DNA of 64,000 nucleotides from Bdellovibrionales bacterium. Lineage in GTDB: Bacteria > Bdellovibrionota > Bdellovibrionia > Bdellovibrionales > UBA1609. Below, piece by piece: positions 36,224-44,861 of the stretch. Where the stretch lies: positions 714-64,713 of the forward strand of contig DAIDIG010000012.1 in the NCBI GenBank assembly GCA_027459485.1, read 5' to 3'. The notes beneath the pieces were generated by a model that saw nothing but the letters and a program-made list of their open reading frames with translations, was not told the origin of the DNA and did not search any database. Position numbers and translations under genes: made by a program. Each line of letters opens with the position of its first letter. Position 1 is the first letter of the stretch.

Positions 36224-36703
36224 ATGAAACTCTCTCTTCAAGGGCGAGCCCACGTCAAACTGGATGCGAAAGGCCGCATCCACTTGCCTTCGCGATTTCG
36301 CGAATCGCTGCAAAAAGAAAATCGCCTGATCATCACAAATTCAGTTCATGCAAATAAACGCTATCTCGACGTTCATTCACCCGGCAGTTGGCAAAAGCTC
36401 ATCGATCAAATGGCCCGTTTGCCGCACATGCGGGCGGATGTTCAGGCCTTTCAACGGTACTACATCTCAAGCGGAGAAGCCGTGGAACTCGACGGGCAAG
36501 GCCGCTTCCTTATCCCCGGCCACTTTCGCGAATTCGCATCATTGGCGGATGATATTGTTTTGATCGGGGCGGGTACGAAACTCGAGATCTGGAGCGACGG
36601 AAACTGGAATCGCCTTCTTGCCGATTTGGAAGGGCGTTTCGATTCGATCATGAGTTCCATCGCTGATTTAACTCAGACAGGCCTGAAGCGGAGCAAATCG
36701 TGA
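36224..36703 (+). CDS. mraZ: Transcriptional regulator MraZ
   Basis: 159 aa. Duplicated SpoVT/AbrB-like halves with the DxxGR motif (LDAKGRIHLPSRFRE and LDGQGRFLIPGHFRE). Confidence 0.95.
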   Translation: MKLSLQGRAHVKLDAKGRIHLPSRFRESLQKENRLIITNSVHANKRYLDVHSPGSWQKLIDQMARLPHMRADVQAFQRYYISSGEAVELDGQGRFLIPGHFREFASLADDIVLIGAGTKLEIWSDGNWNRLLADLEGRFDSIMSSIADLTQTGLKRSKS

Positions 36704-37608
36704 TGCTTCATACTCCGGTTTTACTCGATGCAGTTCTCAATCACATTAGTGAGATGCCCGACGAAGGTTGGTTTGTTGACGGCACGTTCGGTCGCGGCGG
36801 ACACACGCGCGCAATTTTAGCCGCGAAACCAAAATGGAATGTGCTGGCCCTGGATGTTGACGCCGAGGCGATAGAGCATGGAACGCGCGAATTCTCGACC
36901 GAGGTCTCAAACGGGCGTTTGCGCTTTGCGCATGCCGAATTCTCGGATGTCGTGACGTGGGTTCGCTCGCTCCCCGAAGGCGCGACCATCGTCGGAGTTC
37001 TACTCGATTTGGGAGTGAGCTCGCCTCAACTTGACGAAGCCCGACGCGGCTTTAGCTTCTACCACGACGGCCCACTCGATATGCGAATGAACCCCGAGGT
37101 AGGACGGCCGGCCGCCGATATCGTCAATTCATGGTCAGAAAAGGAGCTCAATGACCTTTTTCACTTCATGGGAGAAGTCCGCAGTCCATTTCGCGTCAGC
37201 CGCAAGATTGTCGAAACGCGGCGCGAGCGCAAGTTCACGACCACACGAGAACTATCGGATCTCATCGCCTCGATCGAGGGTTGGCGCAAAAAAGGCCATC
37301 ACCCCGCGACCAATTTTTTTATGGCATTGAGAATTCAAGTCAACAATGAACTCGATCGATTGACAGCGGCTCTCCCCAAAGTAGTTGAACAATTGCAGCC
37401 CGGCGGACGATTTTTCGTGATTACATTTCACTCGCTCGAGGATAGAATCGTAAAAAACGCGTTTCGCGAATTTGTCGCGAACGATTTGGGGAGATTGGTT
37501 AACAAGAAGGTGATTCAAGCCACTTGGACCGAGGCAAAGGAAAACCCGCGCGCGCGAAGCGCGAAACTTCGCATTTTTGAAAAAGAATTTCAGGGGGACG
37601 AAATATGA
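36703..37608 (+). CDS. rsmH: 16S rRNA (cytosine1402-N4)-methyltransferase
   Basis: HTPVLLDAVL, DGTFGRGGH, DLGVSSPQLD, FHSLEDRIVK motifs. The ATG overlaps the mraZ stop (TGATG). Confidence 0.95.
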   Translation: MLHTPVLLDAVLNHISEMPDEGWFVDGTFGRGGHTRAILAAKPKWNVLALDVDAEAIEHGTREFSTEVSNGRLRFAHAEFSDVVTWVRSLPEGATIVGVLLDLGVSSPQLDEARRGFSFYHDGPLDMRMNPEVGRPAADIVNSWSEKELNDLFHFMGEVRSPFRVSRKIVETRRERKFTTTRELSDLIASIEGWRKKGHHPATNFFMALRIQVNNELDRLTAALPKVVEQLQPGGRFFVITFHSLEDRIVKNAFREFVANDLGRLVNKKVIQATWTEAKENPRARSAKLRIFEKEFQGDEI

Positions 37609-37904
37609 GTCGACAGCAAATCAACCAAATCAAACCTTTGGTGAGCGTTATCGTGATCATTGTCGCGCTTTTCACCACCGTCTTTTTTCAGATGGAAGTC
37701 CGGCGGATGGGGTACGTCGTGCTCAGGCAAACTGTGCAGTACAAAAACCTGCAGGATGAGTATCAATTGAAGTCGATGCGACTAGCGCGCATATTGCGTC
37801 CCGACCATCTACAGTCGCTCGCGGTTAACCGCCTTACGATGGATGAGCCTCAGGCAGGGCAAATCATTCACATGTCAGGCGATACGGTCGCGCTTCGACA
37901 ATAG
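37605..37904 (+). CDS. ftsL: Cell division protein FtsL-like
   Basis: 99 aa with a single TM (LVSVIVIIVALFTTVFF) followed by a short coiled coil. Canonical position between rsmH and ftsI. ATGA overlap with rsmH. Confidence 0.7.
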   Translation: MSRQQINQIKPLVSVIVIIVALFTTVFFQMEVRRMGYVVLRQTVQYKNLQDEYQLKSMRLARILRPDHLQSLAVNRLTMDEPQAGQIIHMSGDTVALRQ

Positions 37905-37909
37905 TTTCT

Positions 37910-39865
37910 ATGGCGAAGCCTCGGATTTTCTTTTTGTTTTTTTCTCTTTTGCTCGCATGGGGGCTTGTGATCCTACGAGCGGCGCAATTGCAAATTCTGC
38001 CTGATTCAAGGCTGGCTCAATTGGCTCGACGACAATATCGCACCCAGATAGACTTGCCGGCGCGTCGTGGTATCATTGTCGATCGAAATGGAAAAGAGCT
38101 CGCCGTCACGGTGCCGAGTTACTCGCTCTACGCCGACCCTAAAGAAATTCGCAGTCCACGGCGATTTGCCTGGCTGTTGGCGCGGCACCTAGGTTATTCG
38201 GCAAAGACAATATTTGAGAAAATTCACGATCGAGATCGGCGTTTTGTTTGGCTTGCTCGCCATTTGCGCAAAGACTTTGTGAGTTCTCTCACTCGCCTGC
38301 ATCTTCGCGGTCTCGGTTCAGTTGAAGAGTCGTATCGTGTCTACCCCGATAATGGTCTTTTGTCGCAAGTGCTCGGATTTGTCGGAGAAGACGGTTCTGG
38401 GCTCTCCGGCCTCGAGCTGCAATATGATCACATGCTAAAAGGCCAAGGGCGAAAGTTCATTCTTGAACGCGATGCACGCGGGCGCCCCCTTCTTGGCGAT
38501 GGCAAGATCTTCACGGACGCGCCGGCCGGTTTCGACGTTCACCTCACTGTCGATGCTGAACTTCAGTTTAAGCTGGAGCAAGAACTTATGGCCGCTGTTC
38601 GAATGCATGATGCCGATGGGGCTATGGGTATTGTACTCGATGCCCGAAACTCCGACATTTTGGCAATAGCGACCGTCCCGACCTTTGATCTCAACCGAGC
38701 CTCGCAAGTAACGCCGGGTCTTTGGCGCGATCGCGTGATCACCGATGCGTTTGAACCAGGTAGCACGATTAAATCTCTCGTGATTGCGAAGGCCCTCGAG
38801 GCCGGCATCACCCGTCCAAATTCGCGCTATTTCTGCGACAATGGCCGCATGAAGGTCGATGACCGCATCATTCACGAAGCCGATCATCCATTCGGGTGGT
38901 TGACGACGTCTGAAATTTTGATGAAGTCTTCGAATATCGGAGCTGCGAAAATTGCATTTTCGATGGGTCAGGATCGTGTGCGCCAGGCTTTGCAAGACTT
39001 CGGTGTGGGCTCGCGACTCGGCGTCGATTTGCCGGGAGAATCTCCGGGCATATTGCAACGCTTGCCGTGGCGAAAACACTTACTCGCCAATATTGCGTTC
39101 GGGCAAGGCGTGACGACCACACCGCTTCAAGTTGCCGCAGCGTATGCCGCCATCGCAAATGGCGGGATTTTACGTTCTCCTCGCATCGTGAGCGAACTTG
39201 TGAACGAAGAAACCGGCGAAACGAAAACGTTCGAGACACGAGATATTCGCCGCGTGCTCACTCCCGACGTGGCGTCGACCATGCGCCTCATGCTCACTAT
39301 GGTGACATCCAAGCAAGGCACCGGCTACGATGCGCGCGTGCCCGGCTACCCGGTCGCCGGCAAAACAGGCACAGCGCAAAAGGATGTCCCCGGCAAGGGT
39401 TACGTCAAAGGCGAATACATTTCGAGCTTCGCCGGTTTTCTGCCGGCTAATGATCCCCGCTTTGTTATTTACGTTGCAGTCGATAATCCGAGACATGAAT
39501 ATTATGGCGCGCAAGTCGCGGCGCCGCTCTTTGCGCGAGTGGCCAGCTTTGCGGTTCAGCGCGCAGCACTCCCACCAGTATTATTGACTGACAATAGTAT
39601 ATTGAAGCGGCCGAAAGATTTACCCGGCCCGCCGGAACAATCAATCGAACGGATCCGTGCGATGACAAAAGTGCTTGATGCTGAACAGCAGAATCGCACA
39701 CCCGATTTCACCGGGTTGACATTGCGCGATTTGCTCAATGATGTTCGAGGCACGCCGATTCACGTTCTTATCCATGGTCACGGCACCGTTTCAATGACTT
39801 ATCCTGCAGCGGGCGCCGAATTGCCGAAGGATAAACGCGTTTACGTGTACCTTGAGGAGAAGTAG
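37910..39865 (+). CDS. ftsI: Peptidoglycan D,D-transpeptidase FtsI (class B PBP) with C-terminal PASTA-like domain
   Basis: 651 aa. N-terminal TM, SxxK (GSTIKS), SxN (KSSN), KTG (GKTGTA). The C-terminal approximately 60 aa (PDFTGLTLRDLLNDV...GHGTVSMTYPAAGAELPKDKRVYVYL) resemble a PASTA domain. Confidence 0.9.
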   Translation: MAKPRIFFLFFSLLLAWGLVILRAAQLQILPDSRLAQLARRQYRTQIDLPARRGIIVDRNGKELAVTVPSYSLYADPKEIRSPRRFAWLLARHLGYSAKTIFEKIHDRDRRFVWLARHLRKDFVSSLTRLHLRGLGSVEESYRVYPDNGLLSQVLGFVGEDGSGLSGLELQYDHMLKGQGRKFILERDARGRPLLGDGKIFTDAPAGFDVHLTVDAELQFKLEQELMAAVRMHDADGAMGIVLDARNSDILAIATVPTFDLNRASQVTPGLWRDRVITDAFEPGSTIKSLVIAKALEAGITRPNSRYFCDNGRMKVDDRIIHEADHPFGWLTTSEILMKSSNIGAAKIAFSMGQDRVRQALQDFGVGSRLGVDLPGESPGILQRLPWRKHLLANIAFGQGVTTTPLQVAAAYAAIANGGILRSPRIVSELVNEETGETKTFETRDIRRVLTPDVASTMRLMLTMVTSKQGTGYDARVPGYPVAGKTGTAQKDVPGKGYVKGEYISSFAGFLPANDPRFVIYVAVDNPRHEYYGAQVAAPLFARVASFAVQRAALPPVLLTDNSILKRPKDLPGPPEQSIERIRAMTKVLDAEQQNRTPDFTGLTLRDLLNDVRGTPIHVLIHGHGTVSMTYPAAGAELPKDKRVYVYLEEK

Positions 39866-39978
39866 CGAAGGCTGCCCAGCTCTACCTTTCTTAAGGCAGA
39901 CCCAAAGCCCAGCCGAGCGGTCATGGTTCTTTTCGAGCCAACTTCCCCACTCATTGGCTGTACGAAACGATCGAGTCG

Positions 39979-40003
39979 GGAGCTTCGTCTTTGGCTCCTT
40001 TTT
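39979..40003 (+). terminator. Weak terminator-like hairpin downstream of ftsI
   Basis: GGAGC - 10-nt loop - GCTCC followed by TTTTT. The stem is only 5 bp, so this is tentative. Confidence 0.25.
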
Positions 40004-40010
40004 CATTCGC

Positions 40011-41582
40011 TCAATTTTTCGAAACCGGAATCAAAAGTTTTTGGCCGGGGTGAAGCCGGCGCGGGTTATCAATATTGTTGAGTTCGCGCAGTACGCTCAC
40101 GCGCACACCGAGTTCAGCGGCGATACCACTCAAAGTTTCACCCTGCTCGATCACGTACGTTTGAATGTCTTTTCGAAGGCTCGATTCACGAGCGATCGGT
40201 AAAGTCTTGAGATCCTGAATCGCCGTGGCGTATTGAGCGGTCGGTACGCGAATGAAATCGCGTCGACCGATCTGACCGTAGCCGAGCCAAAATGCGCGTT
40301 GCAAATGCGGGTTGTAATCTTTCGCTTCTTCGATGTTGCCGTCGAACCACCGCAACAGCCATTTGCGGTTGATCGAGCGCGTGAGTTTGATTTCTTTGGC
40401 GTCGAACGGGGCCTCCCAATAAACCGGACCGAAGTACTTCGTCGCGTTCGCTTCAACGTCAAGAGCGGCGAGAAAGCAGGCGTAAAAATTTGCCGAGGCA
40501 AAACCAAATCGGCCGTAACGTTCGTCGACGAGCTCCGAAATATCGCGGGTGTGATACCGGCGGATGATTTTGAGCATCCCGCTAGGCCCGTGATTGTAAC
40601 CCGTGATTGCGAGCGGCCAGCTGCCGAGCATTTCGTAATTAATTCGAAACAATTTTGCGGCGGCTTCGGTCGCGCGAACGGGGTCATTTCGCTCGTCAGT
40701 CAAATAACGAATACGCAAAAACCGCCGGCCGGTGTAACGCATGAATTGCCACACCCCGCTGGCGCCGACACGCGAGCGCGCTTTTACGTTGAATGAGCTT
40801 TCGACAAACGGCAATCGAGTCAGTTCGATGGGGAGCCCGTCTTCGCGAAACACCCGCTCCATCTCGGGCAAATACCGGCCCGAATAGTAGATGCCCTGAA
40901 TAAAGCGATCGCGTTGCCCGAGTTGAAATCGCAAACGCTTTCGCATTGTCGCGTCTCGAAATTTATGTGCACCTTCCACGACAGAAAATAAATTCCAAAG
41001 TCGCAGATCTTCGCCATCGAGTTTCGGCATGACATTTGTTTTGCGATATTGGGCAAAGAGATGATCGAGCTTCAGCAAACGCGCCTTCACCACTTTCTTA
41101 TGCTGTTTTACGATTCGTCGTCTTTCGCGCGGCGAAGAATGGGCGGGGAAGTCAATGTGATCATACACCACGGACACCAGCTGACTATCGTGCAAGATGC
41201 CTTGGTCCGTTGTGATTTGCGTGTAAACGTACTTCCAAAAATTCACGCGATCTTGCATGGCCGAGGGTACTTTAAAAGTATCGTGCGACCAGCCCATGGC
41301 CCCCTGCTGATTTGAATAATTCGGTGGCTGCCAGGGCCGCGATTTGTCCATGACCATCGTTGGTTTCTCAACGTCTACGGTCTCACTTATGGGGCTTTCA
41401 GACGGCGCTTGATCGGCGACACCCATCCCAGCAGATTTAAGAAGCGACTGCGTGAGATCCGGCTGAGAAAAAATTTTGGGCTCTGGCCAGCCACGGGCGA
41501 GTTCGGCAAGTGCCAAGATGCTAACACCCAAAACAGCCGCGCGAATCACCTGAAATACCATTTTATTATTCTTCTTCGACAC
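40011..41582 (-). CDS. Lytic murein transglycosylase (MltD-like) with C-terminal LysM domain
   Basis: 523 aa. SLT catalytic region (LPFVESSFNVKARSRVGASGVWQFM), C-terminal LysM (YVIEQGETLSGIAAELGVRVSVLRELNNI...GQKLLIP). Confidence 0.85.
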   Translation of the reverse strand: MSKKNNKMVFQVIRAAVLGVSILALAELARGWPEPKIFSQPDLTQSLLKSAGMGVADQAPSESPISETVDVEKPTMVMDKSRPWQPPNYSNQQGAMGWSHDTFKVPSAMQDRVNFWKYVYTQITTDQGILHDSQLVSVVYDHIDFPAHSSPRERRRIVKQHKKVVKARLLKLDHLFAQYRKTNVMPKLDGEDLRLWNLFSVVEGAHKFRDATMRKRLRFQLGQRDRFIQGIYYSGRYLPEMERVFREDGLPIELTRLPFVESSFNVKARSRVGASGVWQFMRYTGRRFLRIRYLTDERNDPVRATEAAAKLFRINYEMLGSWPLAITGYNHGPSGMLKIIRRYHTRDISELVDERYGRFGFASANFYACFLAALDVEANATKYFGPVYWEAPFDAKEIKLTRSINRKWLLRWFDGNIEEAKDYNPHLQRAFWLGYGQIGRRDFIRVPTAQYATAIQDLKTLPIARESSLRKDIQTYVIEQGETLSGIAAELGVRVSVLRELNNIDNPRRLHPGQKLLIPVSKN

Positions 41583-41626
41583 CGCTTGCCGCCCTCAAGA
41601 ATCGATAAAGTCTAGATCGGAATATC

Positions 41627-43093
41627 CTATCCCGCCTTTAACAGTTCGGAAACCAAAGAATCAAATAATGTAGCGGCTCGCCCGCCCTCTTTGGTCGGGC
41701 CGTTGAATAGAAAAACAAATTCATAAACTTGACCGTCGCGAGCGCCGGCGAACCCACCAAGACCAACGACCCCGTCCAGATGTCCCGATTTGGCACGTAC
41801 GATACCGAGAAGGTCGCTGCCTTTGAGCCACCGACGGAGTGTGCCGTCGACTCCGCCAATCGGCAGGCTTGAGGCGTATTCGGGGTAAATCTGAAATCGT
41901 TTTCGCACGTGCTCCAAAACATGCAAAAGATCGATCGGGCGAAACGAATTGTCTCGCGACAAACCGGACGGGCTAGCCATCGTATAATCGGCGCCGTTTT
42001 GCAAATGCATTTCACTTAAGAAATCGCGAATCGCCGACATGCCTTTTTGCATGGTGCCCGGCGCGCCTTTGATCTGCACGCCCAAGTCTTTAGTGAGAAT
42101 CTCGGCGATAAAATTGTTGGAGTATTTCATCATTTGAGAAATTAGCTCGGCGACGGGTTTACTTTTTTCGCGTGCGAGAATCTTGGCGCCGTCAGGCGTT
42201 TTGCCGTTTTGCACTTTGCCCGAAACTTCAATGCCCCGTTCTCGCAAAAACGCCTTGAGTTGATAGCCCGCCCAAATGTCGGGTTTGGTGATACTTTTGT
42301 AAGCGACAAATTCGTCGGCCGTCTTCGGAATATGCCCGTTCACCACAATGGTTTCGCTCGAGCCCGCGGGTTTGTGGTCAAAAATATTACTATTCGTTAC
42401 ACGGATGTCGGTTTGGCCGCGATTTGTTGTTGTCGCGTGATTCGTAATTTTTATGTAATCACTCTCTGGGTCGGCATAAACTCGGGCCGTCGCTCCGGTT
42501 GTTTCACCCGGTCGCACGAAAACATTTACGGCGCTCCAATTAAACGTCATGGCACCGATCGGAGAATCGTAAGCGCGATCCACCTGCGTTTGATCTCGAC
42601 CTGGGTCGACGCGAACGCTGTCGAAAAGACTATCGTCGACCACGATGTCGCCTTCGATACGTTTGACGCCTGAACGCACAAATTCATCGACGAGGCACCA
42701 CATCGATTCGGAAACAAACCCCGGATCGCCGCCGCCGCGAAGATAAAGCGGACCTTCAAGAACACCGTCTTTTACAGTCGACGTGGTGAGAAGATCGGTT
42801 TCAAACTGATGTCCGATGGGCATTTTCTCGAGTATCGCGGCAGCCGTCACGATTTTTGTAAGCGAGGCCGGAGTCATGCGCTTGTCATCGTTCAACGATG
42901 CAAGAAGGTCGCCGCCCGACACACGGGCCACGACTAGACCAAGATGCGATTTTTCGATTCGGGAGCGCGTCACCAAACGTTCCATCTTCTTTTGAAAATT
43001 CACGCTCGGTGCGGCTTTTGCGCGAGCCGAAGTCACTGCCACGAAACTTATGCTAATGGCGAAAATGATTTTGTTCATGGTCAATCTTCGCAT
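41627..43093 (-). CDS. dacB: D-alanyl-D-alanine carboxypeptidase/endopeptidase (PBP4, peptidase S13)
   Basis: 488 aa. Signal peptide, SxxK (PASLTKI), YSNN (SxN region), KSGHL (KTG equivalent), PBP4-type domain insertion. Confidence 0.85.
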   Translation of the reverse strand: MRRLTMNKIIFAISISFVAVTSARAKAAPSVNFQKKMERLVTRSRIEKSHLGLVVARVSGGDLLASLNDDKRMTPASLTKIVTAAAILEKMPIGHQFETDLLTTSTVKDGVLEGPLYLRGGGDPGFVSESMWCLVDEFVRSGVKRIEGDIVVDDSLFDSVRVDPGRDQTQVDRAYDSPIGAMTFNWSAVNVFVRPGETTGATARVYADPESDYIKITNHATTTNRGQTDIRVTNSNIFDHKPAGSSETIVVNGHIPKTADEFVAYKSITKPDIWAGYQLKAFLRERGIEVSGKVQNGKTPDGAKILAREKSKPVAELISQMMKYSNNFIAEILTKDLGVQIKGAPGTMQKGMSAIRDFLSEMHLQNGADYTMASPSGLSRDNSFRPIDLLHVLEHVRKRFQIYPEYASSLPIGGVDGTLRRWLKGSDLLGIVRAKSGHLDGVVGLGGFAGARDGQVYEFVFLFNGPTKEGGRAATLFDSLVSELLKAG

Positions 43094-43112
43094 TACTCGT
43101 TATCATTGATCA

Positions 43113-44018
43113 ATGACCAAACGCCAATGGTATATCAATCTCGGCCTTGTCGTCGGGCTGTGGGCCGTCGATTTTTTTTCGAAAATCGCCGCGCGCACGT
43201 ACATTCACGGGTTCAAATTTTACGGCCCGCTCGGTTTTATCGTTCATTACAACCCCGGCGCCATGCTCGGCACCTTTTCGACACTCCCGCCGGTACTACG
43301 AATCGTTTCGCTTTCAACGGGCGGCGCATTTTTGTGCTTCATTTACTTGGCGCTTCAGCATTTGATCCCGCAAAATGCAATGCGGTTGCGCGTCGGCATG
43401 TCAATTCTGCTTGGCGGGATTTTGGGCAACGTCACGGACCGAATATTGCGCGGCTCGGTTACCGATTTTATTTTGTTCGGCAATATGCAACATACGACCC
43501 CGGCGTTTAATTTCGCCGATTCCGTCCAGTGGATCGGCTACGCCCTAATCGTGTACTCACTGATCAAAGACGGGCAATTATTTTGGCCAGAGTACAATAT
43601 TCGCCGTCGCATCTGGGTGAACCCGACGTTTCAAATTCGATTTATCACGATGCTTCTCGCCATGGGTCTCGGCTTTGTCGCGATCAGCGGGGTCTTTTTC
43701 TACACGTATTTGAAAGTGAGCATTGATTCGCTTGTTGTGGGAGTGATCCCTGCCGTTGAGCATCGTTTTGTTGTTCCGTTTTTTATTACCTTCTCCATAA
43801 TCTCGTGCGGTTTTTTACTGGTGCTCTTCATGGTCGGCCGGATTGTGTCGCATCGGACTGCCGGCCCACTCTACGCTTTTGAGAAATTTTTGACCGACCT
43901 TCTCGAAGGAAAAGATCGAGAATTGAAATTGCGCGAAGCCGACGACTTTCAACACCTCGAAGATTTGGCTAAGAAGCTGCGCCAACACTTTCAAACACGT
44001 AACGGGCAAACGTTGTAA
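43113..44018 (+). CDS. lspA: Lipoprotein signal peptidase (LspA) fused to a C-terminal 2TM plus HAMP-like module
   Basis: The N-terminal approximately 160 aa carry LspA motifs (HYNPGAMLG, GGILGNVTDRI, DFILF, FNFADS). An extra approximately 140 aa contain two TM segments and SHRTAGPLYAFEKFLTDLLEGKDRELKLREADDFQHLEDLAKKL. Confidence 0.85.
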   Translation: MTKRQWYINLGLVVGLWAVDFFSKIAARTYIHGFKFYGPLGFIVHYNPGAMLGTFSTLPPVLRIVSLSTGGAFLCFIYLALQHLIPQNAMRLRVGMSILLGGILGNVTDRILRGSVTDFILFGNMQHTTPAFNFADSVQWIGYALIVYSLIKDGQLFWPEYNIRRRIWVNPTFQIRFITMLLAMGLGFVAISGVFFYTYLKVSIDSLVVGVIPAVEHRFVVPFFITFSIISCGFLLVLFMVGRIVSHRTAGPLYAFEKFLTDLLEGKDRELKLREADDFQHLEDLAKKLRQHFQTRNGQTL

Positions 44019-44024
44019 AAAATA

Positions 44025-44861
44025 TTAAAGCCTGGCTGCAGTAATCTTGTTCAAGAAAAATCGCTTGGGTTGGTCGTCGTTTTCGTCGATCGCGACGAAA
44101 AAATCACCGTTCGGATTTCGCACAAGACCGACGGGGCGAACGGTGCGCGATTCGCCGGGGCGTGAACCTCCGGCATAAATGATCTGCACATCTTTGTTTT
44201 TTTCGAGAGCCGCGACCAGAACTGCAAATACGGCATGGCTTCGCAAATCGGCGATCGAGTACGACCCCCACGGTAGCGGCACAGCTTGATAATCCATTAG
44301 TTTCGCTACGCTTGCATCCACCCCCACTTTTTCGAAACATCGAAGCGCGACGGCCAGGCAAGCACGGGCGTCGTCGAGAGCGCGGTGAGCCTGGCCCTGC
44401 TCTAGCTTGAAATATTTTATGAGGGTTTGAAGACGATGGTTAGGCGCATCCGAAAAAGCCTTACGCGAAAGAAGGCTTGAGCAAAACGCCGGTCGCTTTG
44501 GCAGCATCAATTTTGCCCGCTCGATCTCAATTGCCAAAAAGCCAAGATCGAAGGGAGCATGGTGCGCCACCGCGTAACCATCGCCCATAAATTCGTAAAA
44601 TTTCGCGATCGCAGAAGACATTTCAGGCGCGCCTTCGAGCATTTCATTCGTGATGTTATGAATCGCAATGACTTCGGCGCCCATCGGTATTCGCACGCGC
44701 ACCAAAGTCTGATACTCATCAACAATTTTGCCCCCGCGCCATTTGACTGCTGCAATTTCACAAATTTCAGAAGAGAGCGGATACTTACCCGACGTTTCAA
44801 CGTCCAGGGCGACCAACGTCACCTCTCGCCACATTTTTTGGTAATCATCTGGTTGTATCAA
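44025..44861 (-). CDS. DEDDh 3'-5' exonuclease (DnaQ/epsilon-like) with C-terminal WYL-like domain
   Basis: 278 aa. Exo I (ALDVETSG), Exo II (AHHAPFDLGFL), Exo III (HRALDDA). The C-terminal approximately 75 aa (IIYAGGSRPGESRTVRPVGLVRNPNGDFFVAIDENDDQPKRFFLNKI) resemble a WYL-type fold. Confidence 0.8.
   Translation of the reverse strand: MIQPDDYQKMWREVTLVALDVETSGKYPLSSEICEIAAVKWRGGKIVDEYQTLVRVRIPMGAEVIAIHNITNEMLEGAPEMSSAIAKFYEFMGDGYAVAHHAPFDLGFLAIEIERAKLMLPKRPAFCSSLLSRKAFSDAPNHRLQTLIKYFKLEQGQAHRALDDARACLAVALRCFEKVGVDASVAKLMDYQAVPLPWGSYSIADLRSHAVFAVLVAALEKNKDVQIIYAGGSRPGESRTVRPVGLVRNPNGDFFVAIDENDDQPKRFFLNKITAARL

Noticed and set aside
36077-36313. 78-aa minus-strand ORF in the mraZ leader.
   Set aside because: It overlaps the mraZ start and has a Cys/Arg-rich, implausible translation. 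It has no ribosome-binding site that I could see. The region is better explained as the mraZ leader with a hairpin.
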